From Elusimicrobiota bacterium (GTDB taxonomy: Bacteria; Elusimicrobiota; Elusimicrobia; 2-02-FULL-39-32): a stretch of DNA of 64,000 nucleotides. Every line of letters begins with the position of its first letter. Within the stretch, counting starts at the first letter, position 1. The notes under the pieces were generated by a model, which did not search any database, was not told where the DNA came from, and was given only the letters and a program-made list of their open reading frames with translations. Shown here piece by piece: positions 55,401 to 64,000 of the stretch. A program made the translations under genes and the position numbers. The stretch covers positions 3,401 through 67,400 of the forward strand of contig JAKFYJ010000011.1 of NCBI GenBank assembly GCA_021730935.1, in the 5' to 3' direction.

Positions 55401-58124
55401 CGCCTCGGCATGACGCGCGTGAGCAATTACCGCCAGTTGTCAGGATACGGTCTTCCCGTCGGAGGACACCGCACGCGGTTTAAGCATCTGATGGAGGGAT
55501 TCATCCGGCCTTTCGCCTGGATGGTCCAAAAATTTTGGGGTTTCAGTTTCGGGATGTTCGTGGTCAGGAAACAATTTTTCGGAGCCGAAGGAAATGATGG
55601 GCGGTTTTGGAAAAAACTTTTCGGCGAAGGGCACCTTTCCGCCATGCTGAATGCCGGAAACGAGGTGGAGCCTTCATTATATCCCGAGGCGAAAAACATA
55701 AAAAAAGTCCTGTTCGAGGAAATGCGCCATTTGAACATCCAAACGGCGGAATTCGACAACGAATTGACCTGGCCCTGGCGAAAAATCATGACCCGCATTT
55801 TCGGTCTTTCTTTCGTGGTTCTGCTTCTGGATGTTTCGGTCTATGGTTTCAACTGGCTCGTTTATGGGGCCCCTTTCACTTATACGCTTTCCAGCGCCAT
55901 CATTTCCGCGGGGCGCGCAGTGCTTTTCTCCATTTTTATGTCCTGGTCATTCATTTTGTTCGGGATGAGAGACAGTTTTTATGCCGCTGAAAGCAAGAAA
56001 CTGAAATCTCTTGAAAACCGCATTTCGGAAGCCGAACAGAGGGTCAGCGAAAGTTCGCCCTCGGGAGGGAAAACATTGCTTCAGTCAGAATATTTGCGGA
56101 CTTTGTCGTCTGCGGATAAGGAAAAATCGATGTCGGCACCCTCGGCGGACATCATCCTTCTCGTCACTCCTCCCGGGCGGACAGAATCCGCGGAACTGCG
56201 CGGCATTCTGGAAGGCAGAGGCAAAGGATTGTTGCGGCAGGATGTCCCCGTGATCACTCTTCCCAGCCAGCGCGAAGGGAGCGGGATGGGATATCTCAAC
56301 TCCATGCAATACCTTCATTCTCCGGAATTTGAAATGGAAAGATCGAAACATCCCCATTTGCGGGGCCGGAGCCTGGACGATCTCCGAGTCCTTGTCTTGT
56401 TGGCGGATGAACCCTCAGTCAAGTCCGCGGCCACTCCGCTTTCCCTCCCCTTTCTGGACCGCGCGATTACGCCGCTCGAATTTTCACTTCTGAACGGATA
56501 CAAAGCCTGCCAGGCGATGTCGGGCGAGCGCAGGGGCGGCGTGGCCGTCATGTTCTCTGATGAGCTTTTCATCAGCCCCATCCAGGTCCAGAACGGGATC
56601 ACGCTCTTGACGTCCTGGGTCGGTTATAAAGACCTGGTCGACCAGAACATGGACCTGATGGTCGTGGACCGCTCTTTCCGTCGAGTGCAGAAATTTTATC
56701 CCAACGCCATCAGCGAGGATCCAATGCACATGAAGAACCGGGTGGAGCGCCAGGCGGTCACGGCGAGGTATGACCTCTCCAATCCTGTCAAAAAGCAGAT
56801 GATCGCTTTTACGGGCGGATTTGTCGCGTCTTTTGCCGATGCCAGCGCCGCTGAAAGTTTTTATTCCGCGAATGAGCGGATCCGCCGGCAGGTCAACGAC
56901 AGAAGGCGCCGCAGTTATCCGATCGATCTCGAGAGCCACCTCCTGGCTCCCATGGTGATCGCCTCAAACAGGGAAGATGTTTATAGCTATCTTGCCAAAC
57001 ACAGGAACGGAAGGCCTTTGGCCCTGAAAAGTCGGGAATGGGCTTTTTTCAGCGGGCTTATGCAGGCGGTGGAACAGAGCCAGGGCATTGAGGTCAACGC
57101 CTCGGTTCCCTATCCCACACAGTCCGCCTTTTATTTTACCCGCACCAAGGAAGGCGTGCCTTATTATGACGACGCGCAAATCGCTCAGCTCTGGAAAGAC
57201 CTCGGCGTTGCTGACGAATTTCGTTCGTCGTCTGTTCAGGATGATTCTAAACCGTCACAATTTTCAAAATTTGGAGATCAATTCCGCGTTATTGCGGTTC
57301 GCACGGCTGTTTTAATCCTTTTCGTCTTCTCCAATGTTCCCCCCGTTTCCCGTTGGTCTGCGAGCCGCCTCGAAGCCATTGCCGTCAGACCGGAGTTCAA
57401 TTTGCTCCAGCCTGAAACCCGCTCTCAAGTCAGGATAAAAATTCTCGGATCCCGAGCCCGTTCCGGTCCCGTAAACGGGGCAGGCCTTGTAGACCGCCAT
57501 TTTGAAAAACTATTGAATGTTTTGAGTGCTGAAAGGTCCGGAACGCTCAGTCCGGGATATTTCGTCGTGAACCTCAACGGCCTCCTGAACCGGACGGAGC
57601 AGGGATTCGAATTCAGGGAAGAGTTGTCGGATATCCTGACCCGTCTGGACGGAAGGATGTCTCAAAATTCCGATTTGGATCAGGGGTCGGGTTTTGTTTT
57701 CATCAGCGATCAGCCCAGAGAACAAATAGAAGAACTGGCGGCGAGCCTTGGGGTGTCTGCGGGGCACATTCGGATCATCGCTCCGACAGCGCAGTCGGCT
57801 GAACATGAAATCCGCATTAAAAACGGATCCGTAAAATCGGTCCTTTCATGCCGTGAGCCCGGAACAATAAATGAAATGAAAAAAATATTCAAAAACGCGG
57901 ACGCCCTCCTCCTCACACCGTTTTTCGCTGAGATCGATCACGATTATACGGTTCACGGCGGCGCGGCATCAGAAATATACAAGGGATTGGAACAGGAAGG
58001 GCTGATTTCGGACCGGGTTCATTATTCCCCGAAGGACCAAACCCTCATCCTGGAGGGAAGGGCCGCGGAAACAGACCTTTCCCTGAGGCTCCGGCGCGTC
58101 CGATATGTGCGCATCCAGGCATGA
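52500..58124 (+). CDS. Giant polytopic membrane protein B (1874 aa) with an N-terminal ChaN/Tiki-like domain; paralog of giant A
   Basis: Signal peptide MIRRLLLACYVFAMTAPPYAEA. ChaN-like motifs: LHIQDAHNH ... RGEEYFAILHP ... IHGVEDPDLY ... AILIAGGYHTEG. Many hydrophobic segments are spread over the remaining ~1300 aa, with large soluble regions of unknown family. Confidence 0.75.
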   Translation: MIRRLLLACYVFAMTAPPYAEASFWSERKAATERMHQSGRQIRRILPLESEVQNPVSDLGFSIPESVGTVVESWTEGSPQLPVILHIQDAHNHFAAQKNLARVLNAVAETSADKTALSDPLPVYVEGAWTRIETAFLGAFPDERLREKSAQTLLKKNRIRGEEYFAILHPGAIAIHGVEDPDLYQANVTARDSARSSLDARISEINSERALISQAKMEIYPPSLRELDLVREKVDAQQNTLKDLLRLVIKTCPKTWAKDAFPELKKFLDAAVFEDQVSSKGLEGERAAVQKILSENLTGSQASDFLNLCLQFRLGKVSSRVFHSRLASMARAFSIHVPNLDNLVQGLNQSGNIGYDKIEKELDELMISASAELIESQVRPELRQRANEIYGKDRTLSFNAKCLKWQVSSNEWHRRRNEIESINQGQVKFMAESYYDLALRRDRAMVENLSRCIKPGTRSAILIAGGYHTEGITELLKAKGFRYLVIRPSLQIESGESSAEGLSSLQAWDDLKSAYAGALEKILSQDKEALSVREAVDVLKTLDLSVPVLIDGKPYALGHSPFLSPSSFAWPLTGRGMDGNYAKSGTKKIYGHTLRSMSAFNSMGSPARLLPEFFAAMLQNGGESMEDLRVLEDLLHDGMTLELPEGSHGAAGGIIKLLSKVRFVPGLMNIAHNGSLRITIKRDRLPETMVTPASIFYPYRKAVLEKRLPKPQSWAKKTAMFLGELKVTAVWETVLFRILPVLMFQQGGSIHSQGWTAGALTLLTLFPLSHSIVSWRVHESEIKGRSAVKPRYMANLFVHLGISLFLLVPFFQFSLVPAAAVSLGTQMLLDFAIDGALDNHKNDNRHYSQAMPYQEKELPSTLEVTNPDLVKWREILNSPAPLGRKECMAILNIAKAVINNNFIRPRTLVRYLHEVGRTNRQLTILSRVTADRLILQVENGSLDPDLAHDLVRYARELKKFAGYSLIYRLGMTRVSNYRQLSGYGLPVGGHRTRFKHLMEGFIRPFAWMVQKFWGFSFGMFVVRKQFFGAEGNDGRFWKKLFGEGHLSAMLNAGNEVEPSLYPEAKNIKKVLFEEMRHLNIQTAEFDNELTWPWRKIMTRIFGLSFVVLLLDVSVYGFNWLVYGAPFTYTLSSAIISAGRAVLFSIFMSWSFILFGMRDSFYAAESKKLKSLENRISEAEQRVSESSPSGGKTLLQSEYLRTLSSADKEKSMSAPSADIILLVTPPGRTESAELRGILEGRGKGLLRQDVPVITLPSQREGSGMGYLNSMQYLHSPEFEMERSKHPHLRGRSLDDLRVLVLLADEPSVKSAATPLSLPFLDRAITPLEFSLLNGYKACQAMSGERRGGVAVMFSDELFISPIQVQNGITLLTSWVGYKDLVDQNMDLMVVDRSFRRVQKFYPNAISEDPMHMKNRVERQAVTARYDLSNPVKKQMIAFTGGFVASFADASAAESFYSANERIRRQVNDRRRRSYPIDLESHLLAPMVIASNREDVYSYLAKHRNGRPLALKSREWAFFSGLMQAVEQSQGIEVNASVPYPTQSAFYFTRTKEGVPYYDDAQIAQLWKDLGVADEFRSSSVQDDSKPSQFSKFGDQFRVIAVRTAVLILFVFSNVPPVSRWSASRLEAIAVRPEFNLLQPETRSQVRIKILGSRARSGPVNGAGLVDRHFEKLLNVLSAERSGTLSPGYFVVNLNGLLNRTEQGFEFREELSDILTRLDGRMSQNSDLDQGSGFVFISDQPREQIEELAASLGVSAGHIRIIAPTAQSAEHEIRIKNGSVKSVLSCREPGTINEMKKIFKNADALLLTPFFAEIDHDYTVHGGAASEIYKGLEQEGLISDRVHYSPKDQTLILEGRAAETDLSLRLRRVRYVRIQA

Positions 58125-58208
58125 TCTGTCATGCTGATGTCATACAGACTTTACTTTCGCGCTATGGGTCAGCAGTCTGGATTCAAATAAAATAACGGGA
58201 GATTAAAT

Positions 58209-58421
58209 ATGGAACAGCTCTATATGAATGAGTCCGGCGATTTAAAAGTCTCGATGGGTTCCATCCAGACGGACCTTGCGATGGCGTTCCTCAGAGAACA
58301 ACACACTCTGATCAACGAGCTCATCGGCAGTTTGGAAAAAGAATCGATTTCAAGAAATGTTTTTTGCCAAAAGGTTTTTACAATTGAAAACGGTTTGAAG
58401 CGCTTAAGATCGGTTCTGTAA
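58209..58421 (+). CDS. Small hypothetical protein (70 aa)
   Basis: A good SD GGGAGA lies 6 nt before the ATG. No recognisable family. Confidence 0.35.
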   Translation: MEQLYMNESGDLKVSMGSIQTDLAMAFLREQHTLINELIGSLEKESISRNVFCQKVFTIENGLKRLRSVL

Positions 58422-58628
58422 GAAAAATTTTCGCATCAAAAACAAAACAAAAACATAACATCCCTTTTTGGGGACATGCATCTGAACGAATTGCAACTGG
58501 GGCGGGCACTTGGTCCTCCTTGTTGCTCGCTCCAGAACTTTGAGAGTCAACGAATCAGCATGGCCGCAAAGGAGGACAGCGGAGCCGAGGAACGGTTCCG
58601 CGCACATCATAAGGAGGACACACACGAC

Positions 58629-59810
58629 ATGAAGCTCAAACAAGGACTCACCAGCATCATTATGGCGGCCGCAGTCATGGCCTGCCTGGTCGCGCCCAAA
58701 GCGCAAGCGGACGACACATCCGCCAACATCAGCATCGGCAAAATGGTCAGCAACCTGAAGATCTCGGGAGACATCCGCGTCCGCCAGGACAGCATGTGGC
58801 AATATAGCCCCGGCGCCGTGGACCGCTCCAGACAGCGCATCCGTTTCCGTTTGGGAATCGCTCCCCAGATTCAGGACATCACGGTTTTCTTCCGTATGGG
58901 AACCGGGACAGGTGAACAGACCTCCACCAACCAGAGCTTTGACAACGGCTTCACTTTGAAACAGATCTGGGTTGACCAGGCCTATCTTCAATGGAAAGCG
59001 TTTGAATGGCTCAAACTCTCCGGCGGTAAAATGCAGAACCCCATCTGGAGGACCTATGCCTCCGACCTCGCCTGGGACGACGACTTGAACCCGGAAGGTT
59101 TCGCGGAACAATTCGACGTCACGATCAATGACCGGTTCGGTTTCTTCGCGAATTTCGGACAGTTCCCCTTGGACGAAGATTCCACCAACAACCGCGACCA
59201 GTGGATGTTTGCCAACCAGATCGGTTTGAAATCCAAGATCATGGAAGAAACGAAATGGACCAACGCCGTTAACTTCAACTATTTCAAGGACGAAGCGGCG
59301 AACGATTGGGCTCATGTTGCCGCCGGAGGCGTGGCTCAGCAAGGGAATTCCCGGGTGTCCGGAACCACCACAGGCGCGCTTCGCAGCAGTTTCACCGTCG
59401 TGGGCGTCACTTCCGAAATCAACACCCGCCTCTGGAAATGGCCTCTCGCCATCCAGGCGGATTATTTGATCAACGAACAGGACAATTCCGCTCTCGGAAG
59501 CCTCGCCTCTGAAGCCAAGATCGGATATCAGGTCGGGTTCCAGCTCAACAAAGCGGCCGCGGCAAAGTCTTGGGAAGCGGCATATTATTTTAAATATTCC
59601 GAGTCCAACGCCACTCCTGCGGACCTCGCGGACTCCGATTTCGGCGGCGGCGGCACCAACCGGCGCGGACACATCTGGTGGCTGGCTTATGCTCCCAGAG
59701 ATTATGTGGTCCTCAAAGCCAAATTCCTCTGCACGGAAAATCTTGAACCCCAGCTGAACGCGGCCAACTCGATCAACCGCATGCAGATCGATGTGGCGGT
59801 CAAGTTCTAA
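58629..59810 (+). CDS. Outer-membrane porin, putatively phosphate-selective (OprO/OprP-like) by context
   Basis: The real start is the ATG at 58629 after SD AAGGAGGA. Signal peptide MKLKQGLTSIIMAAAVMACLVAPKAQA. A beta-barrel with a terminal Phe (...DVAVKF). It lies immediately upstream of pstS. Confidence 0.55.
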   Translation: MKLKQGLTSIIMAAAVMACLVAPKAQADDTSANISIGKMVSNLKISGDIRVRQDSMWQYSPGAVDRSRQRIRFRLGIAPQIQDITVFFRMGTGTGEQTSTNQSFDNGFTLKQIWVDQAYLQWKAFEWLKLSGGKMQNPIWRTYASDLAWDDDLNPEGFAEQFDVTINDRFGFFANFGQFPLDEDSTNNRDQWMFANQIGLKSKIMEETKWTNAVNFNYFKDEAANDWAHVAAGGVAQQGNSRVSGTTTGALRSSFTVVGVTSEINTRLWKWPLAIQADYLINEQDNSALGSLASEAKIGYQVGFQLNKAAAAKSWEAAYYFKYSESNATPADLADSDFGGGGTNRRGHIWWLAYAPRDYVVLKAKFLCTENLEPQLNAANSINRMQIDVAVKF

Positions 59811-59823
59811 TCGTCAAACAGCG

Positions 59824-59852
59824 TTTACACGGGCGTCACACGGTTGTCACAT
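59824..59852 (+). promoter_or_regulatory. Pho-box-like array upstream of pstS
   Basis: TTTACAC, gggc, GTCACAC, ggtt, GTCACAT: three heptamers with 4-bp spacers. TAAAAT at 59861..59866 lies 8 bp downstream. Confidence 0.5.
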
Positions 59853-59872
59853 TGAACAGTTAAAATGGAGGT

Positions 59873-60895
59873 ATGACACAAATGAACAAAATTAAATTCT
59901 TAGGCTTGGCCGCAGTCATGGCAATCTCTTCGGTTGCCGCAAAAGCGGACATGCTGATCAACGGAGCGGGAGCCACTTTCCCTTATCCGATCTACTCAAA
60001 ATGGTTTGACGAATATCACAAAATCAAACCTGAATACAAGTTCAACTATCAGTCCATCGGCTCGGGCGGCGGCATCCGCCAGGTCTCTGCAGGCACCGTT
60101 GATTTCGGCGCCAGCGACGGACCCATGACCGATGACCAGATGGCGGCGGCCCCGGGATATCTTTATCATATCCCCACCGTTTTGGGCGCCGTTGCCGTGA
60201 CCTATAATCTCGAAGGCGTGACCACTCAGCTGAAATTCTCCGGCAAAACCATCGCCGGAATTTTCCTGGGCGACATCAAGACCTGGGACGATCCCATGAT
60301 CAAAAAGGATAACCCCGGCGTTGAGCTTCCGACACAGCCCATCGTGGTCGTCCACCGTTCCGACGGTTCCGGCACCACCTATATCTTCGTGGATTATCTC
60401 ACGAAGGTGAGCTCGGACTGGTCCACCAAGGTCGGCAAAGGCACTTCCGTCAACTGGCCCATCGGTTTGGGCGGAAAAGGCAACGAAGGCGTGGCGGGAT
60501 TGATCAAACAAACCCCCAACTCCATCGGATATGCCGAGCTTATTTATGCCAAACAGAACAAGCTCGCTTATGGCCTGGTCGTGAACAAGGCAGGAAAAGC
60601 GATTGAGCCTTCCATCGAGTCCGTTTCCGCCGCGGCCCGCACCAAGATGCCTTCGGATTTCAGGGTTTCCATCACCAACTCCCCTGATGCCGAAGCCTAT
60701 CCCATCTCCGGCTTCACCTGGCTTCTTGTTTATAAGAAGCAGAAAGACGCGGCGAAAGGCCAGGCGATCGTGGGTTTCCTGAACTGGATGCTCGCAGATG
60801 GCCAGAAATTCGCTTCTGATCTGGGATATGCTCCTCTCCCCAAAGAAGTCAATGCTCTGGTTCAAAACACCGTCAAAAAAATTGAGGTAAAATAA
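59873..60895 (+). CDS. pstS: Phosphate ABC transporter substrate-binding protein
   Basis: Signal peptide. Motifs GAGATFPYPIYSKW and SIGSGGG. SD GGAGGT. Confidence 0.9.
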   Translation: MTQMNKIKFLGLAAVMAISSVAAKADMLINGAGATFPYPIYSKWFDEYHKIKPEYKFNYQSIGSGGGIRQVSAGTVDFGASDGPMTDDQMAAAPGYLYHIPTVLGAVAVTYNLEGVTTQLKFSGKTIAGIFLGDIKTWDDPMIKKDNPGVELPTQPIVVVHRSDGSGTTYIFVDYLTKVSSDWSTKVGKGTSVNWPIGLGGKGNEGVAGLIKQTPNSIGYAELIYAKQNKLAYGLVVNKAGKAIEPSIESVSAAARTKMPSDFRVSITNSPDAEAYPISGFTWLLVYKKQKDAAKGQAIVGFLNWMLADGQKFASDLGYAPLPKEVNALVQNTVKKIEVK

Positions 60896-60896
60896 A

Positions 60897-61772
60897 TTGA
60901 AACAGAGGAGTTGGGGCGATGCCATTTTCAAAAACATTACCCTCTTCTTCTCTCTGTCAATCTTCGTTCTGACTGCATGGATCGGGTGGGAGCTTTATAA
61001 GAACTCTCACCTGTCCATGCAGAAGTTCGGATTCAGCTTCCTCTGGAGCCAGGTCTGGGACCCTGTCCAGGAACAATACGGCGCTCTCCCCTTCGTCTTC
61101 GGAACTCTCGTTTCATCGTTTCTCGCCATTGCCATCGCTCTCCCCCTCGGTCTTGGCGTCGCCATTTTTCTTTATGAACTCGCGCCACCCAAAATTGGAA
61201 ATGTCATTGCTTTCCTCACAGAACTTCTTGCCGCCATCCCGAGCGTGGTTTATGGTTTGATCGGTGTTTTCGTTCTCGTCCCCATCATGCGGAAAGCCGG
61301 CGCGCCCTATGGCGTGGGCATGCTGACCGCGAGCATTGTTTTGGCCGTCATGATTTTGCCCTTCATCGCCACCATTTCCCGCGAAATTTTTAAAACCGTT
61401 CCGCAAACCCTCAAAGAATCCGCCATGGCTCTGGGCGCGACAAGGTGGGAAGTTTTAAAACTCATCACCATCCCCTTTTCCTTTTCAGGCATATTGGGCT
61501 CCGTGTTTCTGGCTCTCGGCCGCGCTCTCGGCGAAACCATGGCCGTCACCATGGTGATCGGCAACCGTCCGGAAATAAAATGGTCGCTTTTTGAACCCGG
61601 ATACACCATGGCCGCTGTCATCGCCAATGAGTTCACAGAGGCGACGTCCGATTTATATGTTCAGACCCTCATTCAGGTTGGGCTCGTCCTTTTCGGAATC
61701 ACGATCATCGTGAACGGCATCGCGCGTCTTCTGATCTATAAAGTGTCCCAGAAAGGCGAGGTCGTGGCATGA
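60897..61772 (+). CDS. pstC: Phosphate ABC transporter permease
   Basis: Six TM segments. The EAA-like loop is present. Confidence 0.9.
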   Translation: MKQRSWGDAIFKNITLFFSLSIFVLTAWIGWELYKNSHLSMQKFGFSFLWSQVWDPVQEQYGALPFVFGTLVSSFLAIAIALPLGLGVAIFLYELAPPKIGNVIAFLTELLAAIPSVVYGLIGVFVLVPIMRKAGAPYGVGMLTASIVLAVMILPFIATISREIFKTVPQTLKESAMALGATRWEVLKLITIPFSFSGILGSVFLALGRALGETMAVTMVIGNRPEIKWSLFEPGYTMAAVIANEFTEATSDLYVQTLIQVGLVLFGITIIVNGIARLLIYKVSQKGEVVA

Positions 61773-62647
61773 CCACGGCAACAATCCCCGTTCATAACCC
61801 ATTCGAAATTAACATGTCTCTTTACAGGAGACGGCAGTTCATGAACCTGCTCGCTTTCATCCTGACAGGCCTCTGCGCCGCGGTCACGATTTCCATTTTA
61901 CTGTTCATCCTCGGCTATATCACATATCACGGCTTTTCCAGCTTAAACTGGAATTTCTTTACACAGCTTCCCAAACCCGTCGGAGAAACAGGCGGCGGCA
62001 TGGCGAACGCTATCGTTGGAACCTTCAAGCTTCTGGGCTTGGCCAGCGTCATTGGAGTTCCAGTTGGATTTTTGGGCGGGGTATATCTTTCCGAGTTCGG
62101 TCACAACAAAATCGGATTTTTGGTGCGATATGCCGCGGACATTTTGAACGGCGTTCCCTCGATAGTGATGGGCATTTTTGCTTATACGGTGGTGGTCCTT
62201 CCCATGGGTCATTTTTCTGCTGTGGCAGGCGGCTTCGCCTTGGGCGTCATGATGATCCCGATTGCGGTCCGGAGCACGGAAGAATTTTTGAGGGTCGTCC
62301 CCCACAGTGTGCGCGAGTCCGGCTTGGCGCTTGGCCTGCCCGAATGGAAAGTGATTCTTTTTATTGTGATCCCCACCGCCGCCAAGGGATTGATCACGGG
62401 GATTCTTCTGGACCTTTCTCGGGTCGCCGGCGAAACAGCACCATTGATTTTCACAGCGTTCAGCAACCGTTATTGGGCCAAGGGTTGGCTGGAACCCATC
62501 GCGTCTTTGCCCGTCATGATTTTCACCTATGCGATTTCGCCATATGATGATTGGCACCGCCAGGCCTGGGCCGCGGCTCTTGTTCTCATGATGCTGGTCC
62601 TCTGCACGGGGCTTACCGCAAGAATATTATTGAGAGAGAAACATTGA
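61769..62647 (+). CDS. pstA: Phosphate ABC transporter permease
   Basis: TM permease. Overlaps pstC by 4 bp. Confidence 0.9.
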   Translation: MTTATIPVHNPFEINMSLYRRRQFMNLLAFILTGLCAAVTISILLFILGYITYHGFSSLNWNFFTQLPKPVGETGGGMANAIVGTFKLLGLASVIGVPVGFLGGVYLSEFGHNKIGFLVRYAADILNGVPSIVMGIFAYTVVVLPMGHFSAVAGGFALGVMMIPIAVRSTEEFLRVVPHSVRESGLALGLPEWKVILFIVIPTAAKGLITGILLDLSRVAGETAPLIFTAFSNRYWAKGWLEPIASLPVMIFTYAISPYDDWHRQAWAAALVLMMLVLCTGLTARILLREKH

Positions 62648-62657
62648 GGATCCCAAG

Positions 62658-63500
62658 ATGCTTGAATTAGCCATCGGAAAAAATGTTGAATTGAAGGAAC
62701 AGGAAAACCCTATGGACAGAATAACAACGGAAGAAACAAAAATCGTTGAAAAGAACGCGATCGAGGTCAAAAACCTCAATGCCTATTTTGGTGCTTTCCG
62801 CGCCATCAAGGACATTTCCCTCAACATGCTGGACAAGAAAGTGACCGCGCTCATCGGCCCTTCCGGTTGCGGCAAATCCACTTTCATCCGATGCTTAAAC
62901 CGCATGCATGAAGTCACTCCCGGTGCCAGGATCGAAGGCGACGTTTTGATCAACGGCGAAAATGTCCTGCGCAAAGACCCTGTCCTTCTCCGCAGAAACG
63001 TCGGCATGGTTTTTCAAAAACCCCAGCCCTTTCCTTCAATGTCCATCTTTGACAATGTCGCGGCTGGGCTTCGGCTCAACGGCATCAGGTCCCGCTCTAT
63101 CCTTGCGGAAGAAGTTGAAAAGAGTCTCAAGGCTGCCGCGCTCTGGGATGAAGTCAAAGATCATCTGGATAAACTTGGAACATCTCTCTCAGGCGGACAA
63201 CAACAGCGACTCTGCATCGCGCGCGCTCTCGCCATCCGTCCCAGCATCCTTCTTCTCGACGAACCCTGTTCCGCTCTTGACCCCATCTCGACAGCCAAGA
63301 TCGAAGAACTGATTTTGGAACTGAAGGAAAAATACACCATCATTATCGTCACGCACAACATGCAGCAGGCGGCCCGCGTCTCAGATCACACGGCTTTCCT
63401 CCTGCTTGGAGAAATGATTGAATATGGCGTGACCTCAAAAATGTTCACCAATCCAGGCAACAAAAAAACCGAGGATTACATCACGGGAAGGTTCGGATAA
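62658..63500 (+). CDS. pstB: Phosphate ABC transporter ATP-binding protein
   Basis: Walker [10 protein letters not shown], the ABC signature LSGGQQQR, and Walker B ILLLDEP. Confidence 0.9.
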   Translation: MLELAIGKNVELKEQENPMDRITTEETKIVEKNAIEVKNLNAYFGAFRAIKDISLNMLDKKVTALIGPSGCGKSTFIRCLNRMHEVTPGARIEGDVLINGENVLRKDPVLLRRNVGMVFQKPQPFPSMSIFDNVAAGLRLNGIRSRSILAEEVEKSLKAAALWDEVKDHLDKLGTSLSGGQQQRLCIARALAIRPSILLLDEPCSALDPISTAKIEELILELKEKYTIIIVTHNMQQAARVSDHTAFLLLGEMIEYGVTSKMFTNPGNKKTEDYITGRFG

Positions 63501-63505
63501 AATTT

Positions 63506-64000
63506 ATGAAAAGACACGTTGAAGAAGAAATCAATCTTTTAAAAGAAATGTTGCTCCGCATGGGCGGGCTTGCGGAAGAAATGATCCACCTGTCCATGAA
63601 GGGTTTCATCGACCGCACCGACGCGTTTGCCCAGCAGGTGTTTGACCGCGAAGATCAGGTGAACACGCTCCAGATTGACGTGGACCAGACCTGCAGCAAG
63701 ATCCTGGCTCTTTATCAGCCGGAAGCTTCCGATCTCCGCACGATCATTGCCGCCATGAAGATCAATTCCGAGCTTGAGCGAGTGGCGGACCAGGCCGTCA
63801 ACATCACCCAGACCTGCACCTATCACCTCTTTAAAGAAACGCCCGTCAAATCCCTTATGGAAATTCCCCGCATGGCCCAGATTGCTCAGGAAATGGTCAA
63901 GGAAAGTCTGGACGCATTCTCCAAAAGGGACGTCGATCTGGCTCAGGACGTTTTAAAGAAGGACGAGGAAGAAGACACTCTCAAATCCAAGGCCTTGAAC
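63506..64000 (+). CDS. phoU: Phosphate signalling regulator PhoU (partial; runs off the window end)
   Basis: Hand translation from the ATG at 63506 gives MKRHVEEEINLLKEMLLRMGGLAEEMIHLSMKGFIDRTDAFAQQVFDREDQVNTLQIDVDQTCSKILALYQPEASDLRTIIAAMKINSELERVADQAVNI... It is absent from the ORF track because no stop codon falls in the window. Confidence 0.8.
   Translation, partial: MKRHVEEEINLLKEMLLRMGGLAEEMIHLSMKGFIDRTDAFAQQVFDREDQVNTLQIDVDQTCSKILALYQPEASDLRTIIAAMKINSELERVADQAVNITQTCTYHLFKETPVKSLMEIPRMAQIAQEMVKESLDAFSKRDVDLAQDVLKKDEEEDTLKSKALN

Noticed and set aside
58404-59672. 422-aa minus-strand ORF overlapping the OprP-like porin gene
   Set aside because: The plus-strand gene has an SD, a signal peptide and a terminal Phe. 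The antisense ORF has no start context or family signal.
1-64000. tRNA, rRNA, CRISPR arrays, IS/transposase genes
   Set aside because: No cloverleaf-like conserved tRNA features, no rRNA-like conserved stretches, no regularly spaced short repeats and no transposase- or integrase-like ORFs were detected on reading both strands.

Overview
This is a 64-kb chromosomal window from a diderm bacterium with roughly 55% GC. It is gene-dense and mostly on the minus strand in the first half. No rRNA, tRNA, CRISPR array or transposase was seen. Features in order:

(1) A partial secreted Ig-like protein runs off the 5' end of the window.
(2) A two-partner-secretion, CDI-like locus. It comprises a FadL-like outer-membrane protein, a TpsB transporter, a 3361-aa TpsA exoprotein and a tightly coupled small ORF. 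The TpsA has a TPS domain with NPNL/NPNGI motifs and hemagglutinin repeats. Its C-terminal ~480 aa, together with the small ORF, drop to about 35-40% GC. An HExxH motif lies 352 aa from the C-terminus. Two further outer-membrane beta-barrel proteins lie downstream.
(3) Housekeeping genes: coaE and mutM with an ATGA start/stop overlap, a rhomboid protease, polA and a TlpA-like thioredoxin. This run is interrupted by a 451-bp segment bounded by perfect 39-bp direct repeats that duplicate the mutM start. The segment carries a consensus sigma70 promoter driving an apparently leaderless wHTH gene. An AT-rich hypothetical gene lies next to it.
(4) Nitrogen-assimilation genes. There are two amt-glnK operons. 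One is followed by tandem paralogous porins. The other is followed by a type III glutamine synthetase gene (glnN). Both operons carry terminator-like hairpins with U7 tracts in their leaders.
(5) A permease, a vapBC toxin-antitoxin pair and a KimA-like APC transporter.
(6) A phosphate-stress supercluster. In order: phoR-like kinase, arsC, an aquaglyceroporin, giant protein A (about 2080 aa), ppk1, a CYTH protein, a PlcP-like metallophosphoesterase, two glycosyltransferases, a CdsA-like protein, a phoB-like regulator, giant protein B (1874 aa), a small ORF, an OprP-like porin and pstSCAB-phoU.

The two giant proteins are paralogs. They share a signal peptide followed by an N-terminal ChaN/Tiki-like domain of about 500 aa. 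Phased 7-4-7 heptamer direct repeats, resembling Pho boxes with a TTTACAC-like consensus, precede pstS, the PlcP-like gene and giant gene B.
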